A stretch of 64,000 nt of DNA from an uncultured Acidobacteriota bacterium (lineage in GTDB: Bacteria > Acidobacteriota > Thermoanaerobaculia > Multivoradales > UBA5704): contig OY969474.1 of the NCBI GenBank assembly GCA_963700145.1, forward strand, positions 832,001-896,000, in the 5' to 3' direction. Shown in pieces: positions 33,028 to 42,037 of this stretch (its first letter is position 1; every line of letters starts with the position of its first letter). The notes under the pieces were generated by a model that ran no database searches, was not told where the DNA came from, and saw only the letters and a list, made by a program, of their open reading frames with translations. Position numbers and translations under genes: made by a program.

Positions 33028-35289
33028 ATGCACACCCTTCGCGTCGCCGCGCGCACCCTCCTCCAGCGCCCCGGCCTCACCATGCTCGTCGTCGTGACGC
33101 TGGCTTTGGGGCTCGGCGCCAACGCGGCGATCTTCGGCATCATCGACGCGCTCGTGCTGCGGCCGTTCCCCGCCGCCGAGACCGAAGGCATCGTGATGCT
33201 CACCGAGACCGCGCCGGGCGAGAACTACCGGCAGGAGTCGGTCGCGCCCGCCGACTTCCTCGACTGGAAGCGCCAGACGGACGTCTTCGCGCACCTCTCC
33301 GCCTTCGAGTGGTGGGATGTCAACCTGGTCGGCCGCGACGCGCCGGAGCGCGTCCAGGGGCACTACGTCTCCGCCGACTTCTTCTCGACGCTCGGCGTGC
33401 AGCCGGCGCTCGGGCGCGCCTTCACCGCCGACGAGGAGACCTTCGGCCGCCACCGCCGCGTCGTGCTCAGCCACGAACTCTGGCGCCGCCGCTTCGGCGG
33501 CGACCCGGCGGTCGTCGGCCGCCCGGTCCTCGTCGACGGCACCCCGCACGAGGTGGTCGGGGTGGCGCCGGAGGGCTTCACCTTCCCCATCGGCTCGCAG
33601 ATCTGGGCGCCCTTGGCCTTCGACCCGGCCGAGCCGCCGTCGCGCACCGCCCGCTACCTCACGGTCGTCGCCCGGCTGGCGCCGGGGCGGACCCTCGAGG
33701 AGGCGCAGGCGCAGATGACGGTCGTCGCCGACCGGCTCGCCCGCGAGTACCCGAAGGAGAACCGCGACCGCGGCGCCCGCGTCTACACCCTGGCGCAGGG
33801 GATGATGGACCAGGGGCTGGGTCCGATCCTCGCGCTCTGGCAGGCCGCGGCCGGCTTCGTCCTCCTCATCGCCTGCGCCAACATCGCCAACCTTCTGCTC
33901 GCCCGCGGCGCCGAGCGGCAGCGCGAGATCGCGCTGCGCCTGGCGCTCGGCGCCGGGCGCTGGCGACTGGTGCGGGGGCTCCTCGCCGAGAGCGCGCTCC
34001 TCGGGCTGGCGGCGGTGCCGCTGGCCCTCGTCGTCGCCGCGATCAGCCTCGACCCGCGCCTGGCCGCGACCCTCAAGGAGGGGGGCCGCGCGGCCACCGT
34101 CGGCCGCGGCCGCCTCCGCCTGCGGCAGGCGCTGGTGGTCGCCGAGATGGGGCTGGCGCTGCCGCTCCTCGTCGCCGCCGGGCTCGGCGTCCTCGGCATC
34201 CACCGCTTCCTCAACGGCCCGCAGGGCTACGACCCCGACAACCTCCTGGTGATGCGCATGGTCCTCTCCGATCCGCGCTACGAGGAGAACGACCCGGCGC
34301 GGCGGCAGCTCGTCGAGCGGGTAATGGCGGGACTCGCGGCGCTGCCGGGAGTCGAGCGCGCCGCCGCCGTCAACGTGCTGCCGGCGGCGGGCGGCAACTC
34401 CTCGCCGGCGTTCGAGATCGAAGGCCAGCCGCCGGCCGACCCGGCGAACCCGCCGACGGTGGACTCGCGCCTGGTCACGCCCGACTACTTCGCGACGCTG
34501 CGCCTGCCGATCGTCGAGGGGCGCGGGCTCACCGCCGCGGACCGCGAGGACGCCGCGCCGGTGGCCCTGGTCAGCCGCGCGCTGGCCGAGCGCTACTTCC
34601 CCGACGGCGGCGCCATCGGGCGGCGTCTGCGCGTCGGCGAGGACCAGCCCTGGGCGACGGTCGTCGGCGTCACCGGCGACCACATCCACGACTGGTTCGG
34701 GCGGCGCAACTACCCCACCGTGTTCCGGCCGTACGCGCAGGCGCCGAGCCGCTCCCTGGCGCTGGCGGTGCGCACGGGGCGCGACCCGGCGGCGCTGGCC
34801 AACGACGTGCGCACGGCGCTGCGCGAGGTCGATCCCGCGCAGCCGGTCTTCGACCTCATGCCGATGCGCGTCCTGCTCAAGGAGCGGACGGTCGGCCTCC
34901 AGTACATCGCGGCGATCATGGGGGTGTTCGCCGGGCTGGCGTTGCTCCTCGCGACGGTCGGCGTCTACGCGGTGATGGCCTACCTCGTCTCCCAGCGCAC
35001 GCACGAGATCGGCGTCCGCATGGCGCTCGGCGCCACCCGCGGCGACGTCGAGCGCCTCGCGGTCTGGCAGGCCGCGCGGCTGACCGCGGTGGGCGCCCTG
35101 GTGGGGCTCGTCCTCTCGGTCGCTCTCGGCCGCCTGATGGAAGCCGGGATGCTCGGCGTCGTCTCCACCGACCTCCGTCTCCTCGCCGGCCTGGCCGCCG
35201 TCCTCGTCGCCGCCTCCCTCGCCGCCGCCTACGTCCCCGCCCGCCGCGCCGCGGCCCTCGACCCGCTCGACGCGCTGCGGGTGGAGTGA
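33028..35289 (+). CDS. ABC transporter permease, duplicated MacB/FtsX (ADOP) type
   Basis: TLALGLGANAAIF, LLIACANIANLLLAR, EIALRLALGA, RTHEIGVRMALGA, PARRAAALDP; no ATPase gene adjacent. Confidence 0.88.
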   Translation: MHTLRVAARTLLQRPGLTMLVVVTLALGLGANAAIFGIIDALVLRPFPAAETEGIVMLTETAPGENYRQESVAPADFLDWKRQTDVFAHLSAFEWWDVNLVGRDAPERVQGHYVSADFFSTLGVQPALGRAFTADEETFGRHRRVVLSHELWRRRFGGDPAVVGRPVLVDGTPHEVVGVAPEGFTFPIGSQIWAPLAFDPAEPPSRTARYLTVVARLAPGRTLEEAQAQMTVVADRLAREYPKENRDRGARVYTLAQGMMDQGLGPILALWQAAAGFVLLIACANIANLLLARGAERQREIALRLALGAGRWRLVRGLLAESALLGLAAVPLALVVAAISLDPRLAATLKEGGRAATVGRGRLRLRQALVVAEMGLALPLLVAAGLGVLGIHRFLNGPQGYDPDNLLVMRMVLSDPRYEENDPARRQLVERVMAGLAALPGVERAAAVNVLPAAGGNSSPAFEIEGQPPADPANPPTVDSRLVTPDYFATLRLPIVEGRGLTAADREDAAPVALVSRALAERYFPDGGAIGRRLRVGEDQPWATVVGVTGDHIHDWFGRRNYPTVFRPYAQAPSRSLALAVRTGRDPAALANDVRTALREVDPAQPVFDLMPMRVLLKERTVGLQYIAAIMGVFAGLALLLATVGVYAVMAYLVSQRTHEIGVRMALGATRGDVERLAVWQAARLTAVGALVGLVLSVALGRLMEAGMLGVVSTDLRLLAGLAAVLVAASLAAAYVPARRAAALDPLDALRVE

Positions 35290-35306
35290 GGAGTCGGCGG
35301 CGCTTT

Positions 35307-35795
35307 TCAGCCCGGCTCGCCGGCCAGCGTCAGAACCGCGGCACGCGTTCGCGGCGAAAGCCGGAAGCGCAAGCCCTGCAGCCGATCGAGCAGCGGCGCG
35401 ACCGAGGGGACGAGACCTGCTCGCTTCGCATCCAGGAGAACGCCGATTGTTCCCCTCATCCGCAGGCCGAGCATCTGGGCAACGCGCCGCGCCAGCGCAT
35501 CGTCGAGGAGCACGATCGAGTCAGGCGACTCGATCGCCAACATCAGCACTTCCGATTCGCCGGGCCCCAGGTCTGTGGCCCACGGCGGCACCGTCTCGCT
35601 CGCGGGGCGACGGATCGTGATCCACTCCAGAGCCTTCGGATCGGGTAGGTCAATGCCTGCCCTCCTTCCCACCCCCAGCTCTTCATCCACGGCACGAGGA
35701 ACCACGACGCGCTCGACGAGCGCGGGGAGAAGGTGCAGCAGCTTGATCTGGTAGAGGTACTGAAGCGGCGAAGTGTTGCAGAAGACTTCAGGCAA
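35307..35795 (-). CDS. DUF3368 PIN-like protein (putative toxin)
   Basis: CNTSPL, LGPGESE, LLDDALAR, GTIGVL motifs; overlaps its partner gene. Confidence 0.85.
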   Translation of the reverse strand: MPEVFCNTSPLQYLYQIKLLHLLPALVERVVVPRAVDEELGVGRRAGIDLPDPKALEWITIRRPASETVPPWATDLGPGESEVLMLAIESPDSIVLLDDALARRVAQMLGLRMRGTIGVLLDAKRAGLVPSVAPLLDRLQGLRFRLSPRTRAAVLTLAGEPG

Positions 35796-36039
35796 GCCGG
35801 GCTTCGCTCTCGAGCTCCTCCGCGGTGAGCCGGAAAGTGTCGACTCCGTAGTCCGCGAGGCGCGAGAGAAAGACTGTCCGCGGCACTCCCGCGAGCCCCG
35901 CCGCGGCGCCCGAGGAGAGCCGGCCGAGTTCGAAGAGCTTCACCGCGGCAGCCATCCGCAGCTCTTGCCCCGCCTCGTCCGGCGCGACCTTGAGCGCCAG
36001 CAGGCTCTCGTCGGGGATCTCCAAGGTGACACGGCTCAT
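35788..36039 (-). CDS. UPF0175 family protein (putative antitoxin)
   Basis: AVKLFELGRLSSGAAAGLAGVPRTVFL HTH-like motif; directly upstream of the DUF3368 gene. Confidence 0.85.
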   Translation of the reverse strand: MSRVTLEIPDESLLALKVAPDEAGQELRMAAAVKLFELGRLSSGAAAGLAGVPRTVFLSRLADYGVDTFRLTAEELESEARLA

Positions 36040-36054
36040 CGTTGGCCTCGAATT

Positions 36055-37584
36055 CTAGCTCTCTCCGCCCAGCAGGTGCTTGAGGACCTTGCCGAGCGGG
36101 TTGCGCGGTAGGGCTTCGACGGGGCGGAAGGAGCGGGGGACTTTGAAGCCGGCGAGCTCGCGCTTGCAGTGGGCGAGGAGAGCGGGCTCGTCGAGGTCGC
36201 CGTCGGCGACCACGTAGGCCACCGGCACCTCGCCCCACTCCGGGTCGGGGCGGCCGACGACCGCGGCCTCGCGCACCCCCGGGCAGCCCTGGAGCACCTC
36301 CTCCACCTCGCGCGGGTAGACGTTGTAGCCGCCGCAGAGGATCAGCTCCTGGCGGCGGCCGAGGAGGGTGACGTAGCCGGTCTCGGGGTCGCGCCGGGCG
36401 AGGTCGCCGGTGGCGAACCAGCGGCGCCCTTCACCGTCGGTGCGGAAGCTCGCCGCCGTTTTCTCTGGGTCGCGCCAGTAGCCGGCGAAGACGTTGGCGC
36501 CGCGTACCAGCAGCTCCCCTTCCCCGCCGGCCGGCGCGTCGGCCCCCTCGCGGTCCACGATCCGCATCGACACCCCCGGCAGCGGCGTCCCCACCGTCCC
36601 CGGCCGCCGCGGCCCGGCCAGCGGGTTCGAGAGGTTCATGCCGGTCTCGGTCATGCCGTAGCGCTCGAGGATGGCGTGGCCGGTGAGCGCCTCGAACGCC
36701 GCGAAGGTCTCGGCCGCGAGCGGCGCGCTGCCGCTGCAGAAGAGCCGCATGCCGCCGAGCCGCCGGCGCACGTCCGTCTCGCCGCCCAGCGCCTCGACCA
36801 GCCGCACGTACATCGTCGGCACGCCGAAGAAGAGGCTCGGCTCGCCGCCGAGGAGGTCCGCTGCCACGGCCGCCGCCGTGAAGCGGCGCCGCAGCAGCAC
36901 CGTGGCGCCGGCGGCGAGGGCGCAGTGGAGCCCCACGACCAGCCCGTGCGTGTGGAAGAGCGGCAGCGCCAGGAGCAGGCGATCGTCCGCGCGCCACCCC
37001 CAGGCGGCGAGCAGCCCGCTGACCGTGGCGAGGAGGTTGTCGTGGCTGAGCATCGCGCCCTTGCTCCGCCCCGTCGTCCCCGAGGTGTAGAGGAGGAGCG
37101 CCAGGTCGTCGCCGTCGACGGGCGGCTCCCCTTCCGTGCCGCCGCTCGACTCCCCCATCCACCGCTCCAGCTCCTCGGCCAGCAGCACCTCCTCGACGGT
37201 CGCCCGCTCCTCCGGCGCCAGCTCCTCCAGCTTTTCCCGTTCGCTCGCCTCGGTGATCAGGAGCCGCGGCTCGGCGTCGCCCAGGACGTGCGCGATCTCG
37301 CGCCGCCGGTAGGCGAGATTGAGCGGCACGGTGACGGCGCCGAGGCGGAGGGCGGCGAGGTGGGCGACGACCCACTCCGGGCGGTTGCCCATGAGCAGCG
37401 CGATCCGGTCGCCGCGCCCGAGGCCGCGCGCCGCGAGGCCGGCGGCGAGCCGCCCGGCCGCCGCGTGCAGCGCCGCGTAGCTCGTCTCGCACGCGCCGCC
37501 GGCGCCCTCGCCGCCGTCGAAGCTCAGCGCCCCCTTCTCCGGCGCCCGCGCCGCGCCGGCCGCGAACAGGTCGGAGAGGTTCAA
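36055..37584 (-). CDS. AMP-forming acyl-CoA synthetase (MatB/malonyl-CoA synthetase-like)
   Basis: YTSGTTGRSKG, LPLFHTHGL, ERYGMTET, TGDL, PRNPLGKV. Confidence 0.88.
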   Translation of the reverse strand: MNLSDLFAAGAARAPEKGALSFDGGEGAGGACETSYAALHAAAGRLAAGLAARGLGRGDRIALLMGNRPEWVVAHLAALRLGAVTVPLNLAYRRREIAHVLGDAEPRLLITEASEREKLEELAPEERATVEEVLLAEELERWMGESSGGTEGEPPVDGDDLALLLYTSGTTGRSKGAMLSHDNLLATVSGLLAAWGWRADDRLLLALPLFHTHGLVVGLHCALAAGATVLLRRRFTAAAVAADLLGGEPSLFFGVPTMYVRLVEALGGETDVRRRLGGMRLFCSGSAPLAAETFAAFEALTGHAILERYGMTETGMNLSNPLAGPRRPGTVGTPLPGVSMRIVDREGADAPAGGEGELLVRGANVFAGYWRDPEKTAASFRTDGEGRRWFATGDLARRDPETGYVTLLGRRQELILCGGYNVYPREVEEVLQGCPGVREAAVVGRPDPEWGEVPVAYVVADGDLDEPALLAHCKRELAGFKVPRSFRPVEALPRNPLGKVLKHLLGGES

Positions 37585-37599
37585 GCGGCTGGCCCGCGC

Positions 37600-39069
37600 C
37601 TAGCGCTTCGCTTGCGGGACGTAGTAGACGGTGAAGACGGCGCGCCGCGGCTGCGGCGAGCGGTTCTCGACGGCCGCGGTGAGGACCGTCTCGCCGCCGG
37701 CCGAGCGGCGGAGCACGGGGTCGTACGGCCAGAGCGCCGCGCCGACCGGGCACTCGCGCCCCGCCAGGCAGTCGGCGCTCGACTGTCCGTCCCCCATCTC
37801 GTAGCGGTAGCCGGTGTAGCGGACGCCGGGCGCGAGGCGCACCTCCAGCAGCGGGCAGCTCGGCGGCAGGCCGGAGGCGGTGTCGTCGTCAGTTGCCGCG
37901 GCGCGCACGCGGCCGACCGCTTGGCGGAGGGCGTCGGAGCAGGCGACGCCGGGCTGTGCCGGCTGGACGACGGCCGAGACCGAGAGGGCGGCTTCGCCGG
38001 GACGGCAGTCGGCGCAAGTGCCTTCCTCGTACGAGCGGCCGCGGACGGCGGGCGGAGGCGCAGGTGCGGCGGTGGGCGGCGCGGGCGCGGGTGCCGGCGC
38101 GGCTGCCGGCGGTGGAGCCTCGAGCGGCGGCGCGGGGACGGCTGGGGCGGGGGCCGCTGGCGGTGGCGACGGCACCGGTGCCGGCGGGGCTTGCGGCGGC
38201 GGCTGGGTGGGAGGGACGGTCGGCTCGGGCCGCGGCGTCGGTGCGGTCTGCGGCGGCCGCTCGGCGGGCGGGGCCGCGGGCGGCGCGGGCTCTGGACGTG
38301 GGGTCGGCGCGATCGGCGGTGGCGACTCCACGGGAGGGGCCGCCGGCTCCGGTTGTGGCGGCGGCTCCGGCTCCGGAGCGGCAGCGGGTGGCGCTTGCGC
38401 GGGTGGCGCGGCTGATCCCGGCGGTTCGACTGGCGGCGGCTCGGGGACCGGTGCCGGAGGAGCGGGCGTCGGCTGCGGAGCTGGAGCGGCCGGCGGAGGT
38501 GCCGCGGGCTCGGGCGTCGGTGGCGGCGCGGGTGTCGGCTGCGGAGCCGGCGTGGCGGCCGGCGGCGCCTCTACCGGCCGCGGTGCCACGGGCTCGGGTG
38601 CCGGCGGCGGCTGCACGGGAGCGCGCGGCGTTTCCCTACGCGGCGGTTCTACGCGCGCGATCTCCGGCGGCCGCGGCGCCCCGCCCTTGCCGCGCGCCAC
38701 CCGCACGCTCAGCGTGTGCACCGCCCCCGGCACGTTGTGCTGGCCGGCGGCGACGATGCGCGGCTTCCCCTCCCGCACTTCCACCTCGGCGCGGTAGGTC
38801 ATGAAGCCGCCGCGCGCCACCTCCAGCCGCCAGAGCCCTTCGGCGAGGCCGCCGACCACCGCACGGCCGCGCGCGTCGGCCGCTACCGTCTGCGGCCCGT
38901 CCGGCGGCTCGACGCCAAGATAGACGAGCCGCACCTCGGCGCCGGCCGCCGGCTTCCCCTGATGGTCCTCGACGCGCACCTCCAGCGCCGCCGGGCCGCT
39001 CCAGAGTTGTGCCGCTGCCGCCGCGGCCAGCAGGCCGCCGGTCAACGCCGCGATCGCGAAGGGCTTCAC
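37600..39069 (-). CDS. Exported protein: carboxypeptidase-regulatory-like domain, long Pro/Ala-rich linker, Cys-rich C-terminal domain
   Basis: Signal peptide; VEDHQGKPAAGAEV...GLAEGLWRLEV; about 190 aa of PAP/PEP/PTP repeats; 6 Cys in the C-terminal domain. Confidence 0.65.
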   Translation of the reverse strand: MKPFAIAALTGGLLAAAAAAQLWSGPAALEVRVEDHQGKPAAGAEVRLVYLGVEPPDGPQTVAADARGRAVVGGLAEGLWRLEVARGGFMTYRAEVEVREGKPRIVAAGQHNVPGAVHTLSVRVARGKGGAPRPPEIARVEPPRRETPRAPVQPPPAPEPVAPRPVEAPPAATPAPQPTPAPPPTPEPAAPPPAAPAPQPTPAPPAPVPEPPPVEPPGSAAPPAQAPPAAAPEPEPPPQPEPAAPPVESPPPIAPTPRPEPAPPAAPPAERPPQTAPTPRPEPTVPPTQPPPQAPPAPVPSPPPAAPAPAVPAPPLEAPPPAAAPAPAPAPPTAAPAPPPAVRGRSYEEGTCADCRPGEAALSVSAVVQPAQPGVACSDALRQAVGRVRAAATDDDTASGLPPSCPLLEVRLAPGVRYTGYRYEMGDGQSSADCLAGRECPVGAALWPYDPVLRRSAGGETVLTAAVENRSPQPRRAVFTVYYVPQAKR

Positions 39070-39228
39070 GACAGAGAGTTTGCCACAGCCCGGCCCCCGT
39101 AGCGGCTACGGCTGCCTCATAGGGGCGATGAGGCCCGGAACGGCGGGCGGGCCGCCATCGGGCAATCCTTTTGGCGTAAGCCACTGACTGCTAAGACACT
39201 TCGATGGCGCCGCCCGAGCCGATCTCCA

Positions 39229-39243
39229 CGGCACACCCCTTGC
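39229..39243 (+). promoter_or_regulatory. Candidate sigma54 (-24/-12) promoter
   Basis: CGGCAC-ACCCC-TTGC (GG-N10-GC) about 30 bp upstream of ATG 39276. Confidence 0.55.
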
Positions 39244-39275
39244 GATGGCACGTCGGCAACAGGAGGAATCCATCC

Positions 39276-40355
39276 ATGAAGCGTAGGCTCGCGTTGGCCG
39301 GGTTCGTGGTGCTCGGCGCCCTTTTCGCAGCTCCCAGGCACGCCTGGGCCCAAGGCTGAGTCGCCGCGCGTCTCGACGCGCCCGTGCTCGGCGCGTACGA
39401 GGGGTCCTACACCGGCCCCAACAAGTGGCAGTTCTCCACCACCTGGCGTCACCAGAAATCCGACCGTCACTTCGTCGGCCCCGAGGAGCAGGAGGAGCGG
39501 CAGGAGATCGGCAACGAGGTCGTCAACACACTCAACCTCGTCGAGCTCGGCATCCGCTACAACCTCTCGGACCGGACCAGCCTCTCGGTCGGCATCCCCT
39601 ACCTGATGGCGGAGCGCTCCAACGCGCTCACCGTCCAGGGCACTGTGATCGGCCGCACGATCACCCACGCCAGCGCGCTCGGCGACATCACGCTGATGGG
39701 ACGGCGCCTGTTCTGGAAACCCTCCGAGCACCCCAACGGCAACATGTCGTTCGGGCTCGGGCTCAAGTTCCCCACCGGCCGCGACAACGTCGTCGACGCC
39801 CGGCAGCGCATCGTCAACGGGCAGGAGGTGACGTCGATCGAGACGGTCGACCAGTCCATCCAGCCCGGCGACGGCGGCTTCGGCGCGCTCCTCGACTTCC
39901 AGGCCGTGCAGCGCGTGCTCGACAACAACGGCACGCTCTACCTCGCCACCAGCTATCTGGTGAACCCGGACGAGACCAACGGCGTTCGCACTTTCCGCAA
40001 CAACCGCGGCGAAGAGATCATGTCGGTCGCCGACCAGTACCTGGCGCGCGCCGGCATGGCGTACGCGGCGCCGAGCTGGAAGGGATGGGGCGCGAGCCTG
40101 GGCGGGCGTCTCGAGGGCGTGCCGGTGCACGACCTCGTCGGCGGCAGCCAGGGGTTCCGGCGTCCCGGCTACGCGGTCTCCGTCGAGCCCGCGGTGAGCT
40201 ACACGCGCGGCCCGCACACCTTCTCGCTGGCGGCCCCCTACGCGCTCTACCGCAACCGCACCCGCAGCGTCCCCGACCGCGCGGTGCCCGGCCGCCACGG
40301 CGACGCAGCCTTCGCCGACTACATCTTCATGCTGGGGTACTGGCGCCGCTACTAG
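39276..40355 (+). CDS. Outer-membrane beta-barrel (transporter-like), probable selenoprotein
   Basis: AGGAGG RBS, ATG 39276, signal peptide ending AWA, then QG-TGA(39357-39359)-VAAR in frame with the 323-aa ORF. Amphipathic beta strands; terminal aromatic residue (GYWRRY). Confidence 0.75.
39372..39401 (+). promoter_or_regulatory. Candidate bacterial SECIS element
   Basis: CTCG-ACGCGCC-[CGTGCTC]-GGCGCGT-A-CGAG hairpin. The loop starts 23 nt after the UGA and has G at position 2. Confidence 0.6.
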
Positions 40356-40378
40356 ACCGACCTCCGTTCCCTTTCCCC

Positions 40379-40414
40379 GGGGCCCCTCCTTCGAGGGGCC
40401 CCCACCCCTTTTTT
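40379..40414 (+). terminator. Intrinsic terminator
   Basis: GGGGCCCCTC-CTTC-GAGGGGCCCC stem followed by a T-run, between convergent genes. Confidence 0.65.
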
Positions 40415-40924
40415 CTAGACCATGTCGATCTCGCCCACGCCGTAGCGGGCGATCTGCCCCTCGACGAGCGTGCGCAGCGTGCCCTGGAGGTCGTGCGGGC
40501 GGGGGACGGCGTGCAGCGTCACCGTCGGGTTGGTGCGGTCGGTGCTGACGACGACCACGTTGCCGAGGCCGAGGAGACGCAGGAAGAAGGGGCAGCGGAC
40601 CGAGAGGTCGCGCACTCGCCGCAGCTCGATGTCGTCGGTCTCGGTCGAAAAGAGGCCGGTCGTCAGGCGCAGCCGCTCGGTGGTGACGGTGTACTTCGTC
40701 GCCCGCAGCTTGACGTAGGCGACGAGGGCGACCAGGAGGCAGATCGCCCAGGCGGCGACGATCAGCCAGGTCACAACGGGACCCCCGCCGCGCCCTCGCA
40801 GCCAGATCAGGCCGGCGGTGGCGAGGACGGCGCCGAGGACGAGCAGCAGGTAGAGCGGCAGGTTCACCAGCGGCGAGGGTGTCCCCTGCCACACCACCCG
40901 CTCCTCGGGCTTGTTCGGAATCAT
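40415..40924 (-). CDS. Membrane protein with bacterial PH domain (bPH_2)
   Basis: Two TM helices, then YTVTTERL...GLFS...IELRRVRD...RLLGLGNV; ATG at 40924. Confidence 0.8.
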   Translation of the reverse strand: MIPNKPEERVVWQGTPSPLVNLPLYLLLVLGAVLATAGLIWLRGRGGGPVVTWLIVAAWAICLLVALVAYVKLRATKYTVTTERLRLTTGLFSTETDDIELRRVRDLSVRCPFFLRLLGLGNVVVVSTDRTNPTVTLHAVPRPHDLQGTLRTLVEGQIARYGVGEIDMV

Positions 40925-40940
40925 GGTCGAGGAAGGAAAT

Positions 40941-41017
40941 TGGTCGGGACGCCGGGATTTGAACCCGGGACCCCCTGAACCCCATTCAGGTACGCTACCA
41001 GGCTGCGCCACGTCCCG
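40941..41017 (-). tRNA. tRNA-Pro (GGG)
   Basis: CGGGACGTGGCGCAGCCTGGTAGCG...CCTGA-ATGGGGT-TCAGG...GGTTCAAATCC...CGTCCCGACCA; 77 nt with encoded CCA. Confidence 0.95.
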
Positions 41018-41028
41018 ACCGGACGGCC

Positions 41029-41610
41029 CTACTTGGCTGGGGGTTTCGAGTCGAGGAGCGCGAGAATCTCGCGAGCCGCTCGAAGGGCCTGTTCGATCCC
41101 CGCGCGCAGGGTTTCTACTCGCTCGGCGCCCCGAGTGTCAAGCCGCGGTGCCGGCTTCACGACCCGCGCGACGGGCGCCGGCGGCGCCTCGAGCGCGAGT
41201 TGCTCGGCGACCTCGGCGGAGTCGGCGCCGGCGTCGTCTTCGTCGGGCGCCGCCGCCGGCCCTTCCTCCGGCGCCTCGTCCTCACCCTCCTCCCCCACTT
41301 CCGCGCGCTCGACCTCGTCGGCGTCGTCCGGCTCCACCCGCCCCAGCGTCCCCGCCGCCAGCTCGCCTTCGAGCTTCTTCTTGGCGCCGGCGATCGTGTA
41401 GCCCTCGTCGTAGAGCAGCTCCTTGATCCGCCGGATGACCGCCAGCTCCTTCTCGTTGTAGACCCGCTGGCCGGAGCGGCTCTTGGCCGGCGACAGCGCC
41501 GGGAACTCGGTCTCCCAGTAGCGCAGGACGTAGGGCTGGATGTCGAGCATCCGGCAGGCCTCGCCGATCTTGTAGTAGAGGCGCTTCTGCACCCGCAGCC
41601 GCGACGGCAT
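41029..41610 (-). CDS. MerR family transcriptional regulator
   Basis: YYKIGEA...VLRYWETEFP...IKELLYDEGYTIAGAK; conserved ihfA-merR-tRNA-Pro arrangement. Confidence 0.9.
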   Translation of the reverse strand: MPSRLRVQKRLYYKIGEACRMLDIQPYVLRYWETEFPALSPAKSRSGQRVYNEKELAVIRRIKELLYDEGYTIAGAKKKLEGELAAGTLGRVEPDDADEVERAEVGEEGEDEAPEEGPAAAPDEDDAGADSAEVAEQLALEAPPAPVARVVKPAPRLDTRGAERVETLRAGIEQALRAAREILALLDSKPPAK

Positions 41611-41613
41611 CGG

Positions 41614-41958
41614 CTACGAGCCCCGCGGCGGGCGCGGGAGGCGCGCCGGCGTCATCACGTCGCGCAGCCGGCGGGCCGGGCGGAAAGCGAGGCCGCGGTG
41701 GGCGGGGATGAAGATCTTCTCGCCGCTCACCGGGCTGACACCGGTGCGCCCGGGACGCGAGGTGATCTCGAAGGTCCCGAAGTTCTTGATCCGCACCCGC
41801 CGGCCGCTGCCCAAGTTGGACTTGACGGTCGAGAAGATCGCCTCGACGATCTCCGCCGCCTCGTCCTTGGTGATCCCGCCGTGGCGGTCGTAGACCACCT
41901 CGACGAGGTCCGCCTTGGTCATGCCCGGCCGCGCGCCCGTGCTCTTCCTCGTGGCCAT
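41614..41958 (-). CDS. Integration host factor / HU family DNA-binding protein
   Basis: MTKADLVE...VRIKNFGTFE...P.SGEKIFIP...FRP. Confidence 0.9.
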   Translation of the reverse strand: MATRKSTGARPGMTKADLVEVVYDRHGGITKDEAAEIVEAIFSTVKSNLGSGRRVRIKNFGTFEITSRPGRTGVSPVSGEKIFIPAHRGLAFRPARRLRDVMTPARLPRPPRGS

Positions 41959-42037
41959 CCCCGGTCTCTCGGAACTGAAAGCGTTGCCTCAAGTATAGGC
42001 GCCCAACCCGGCACTGGGCAAGGCGCGGAACGCCAGC

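Noticed and set aside
21867-39359. Genome-wide reassignment of TGA to Trp or Gly
   Set aside because: Many genes here clearly end at TGA (ATGA/GTGA overlaps, ADOP permease) and Trp uses TGG. The two read-through sites are at probable Cys positions, so the recoding is site-specific.
40941-41017. tRNA as tRNA-Sec/UGA suppressor or as an integration site
   Set aside because: Normal 77-nt tRNA-Pro(GGG) without a long variable arm; no integrase or duplicated 3' end seen.
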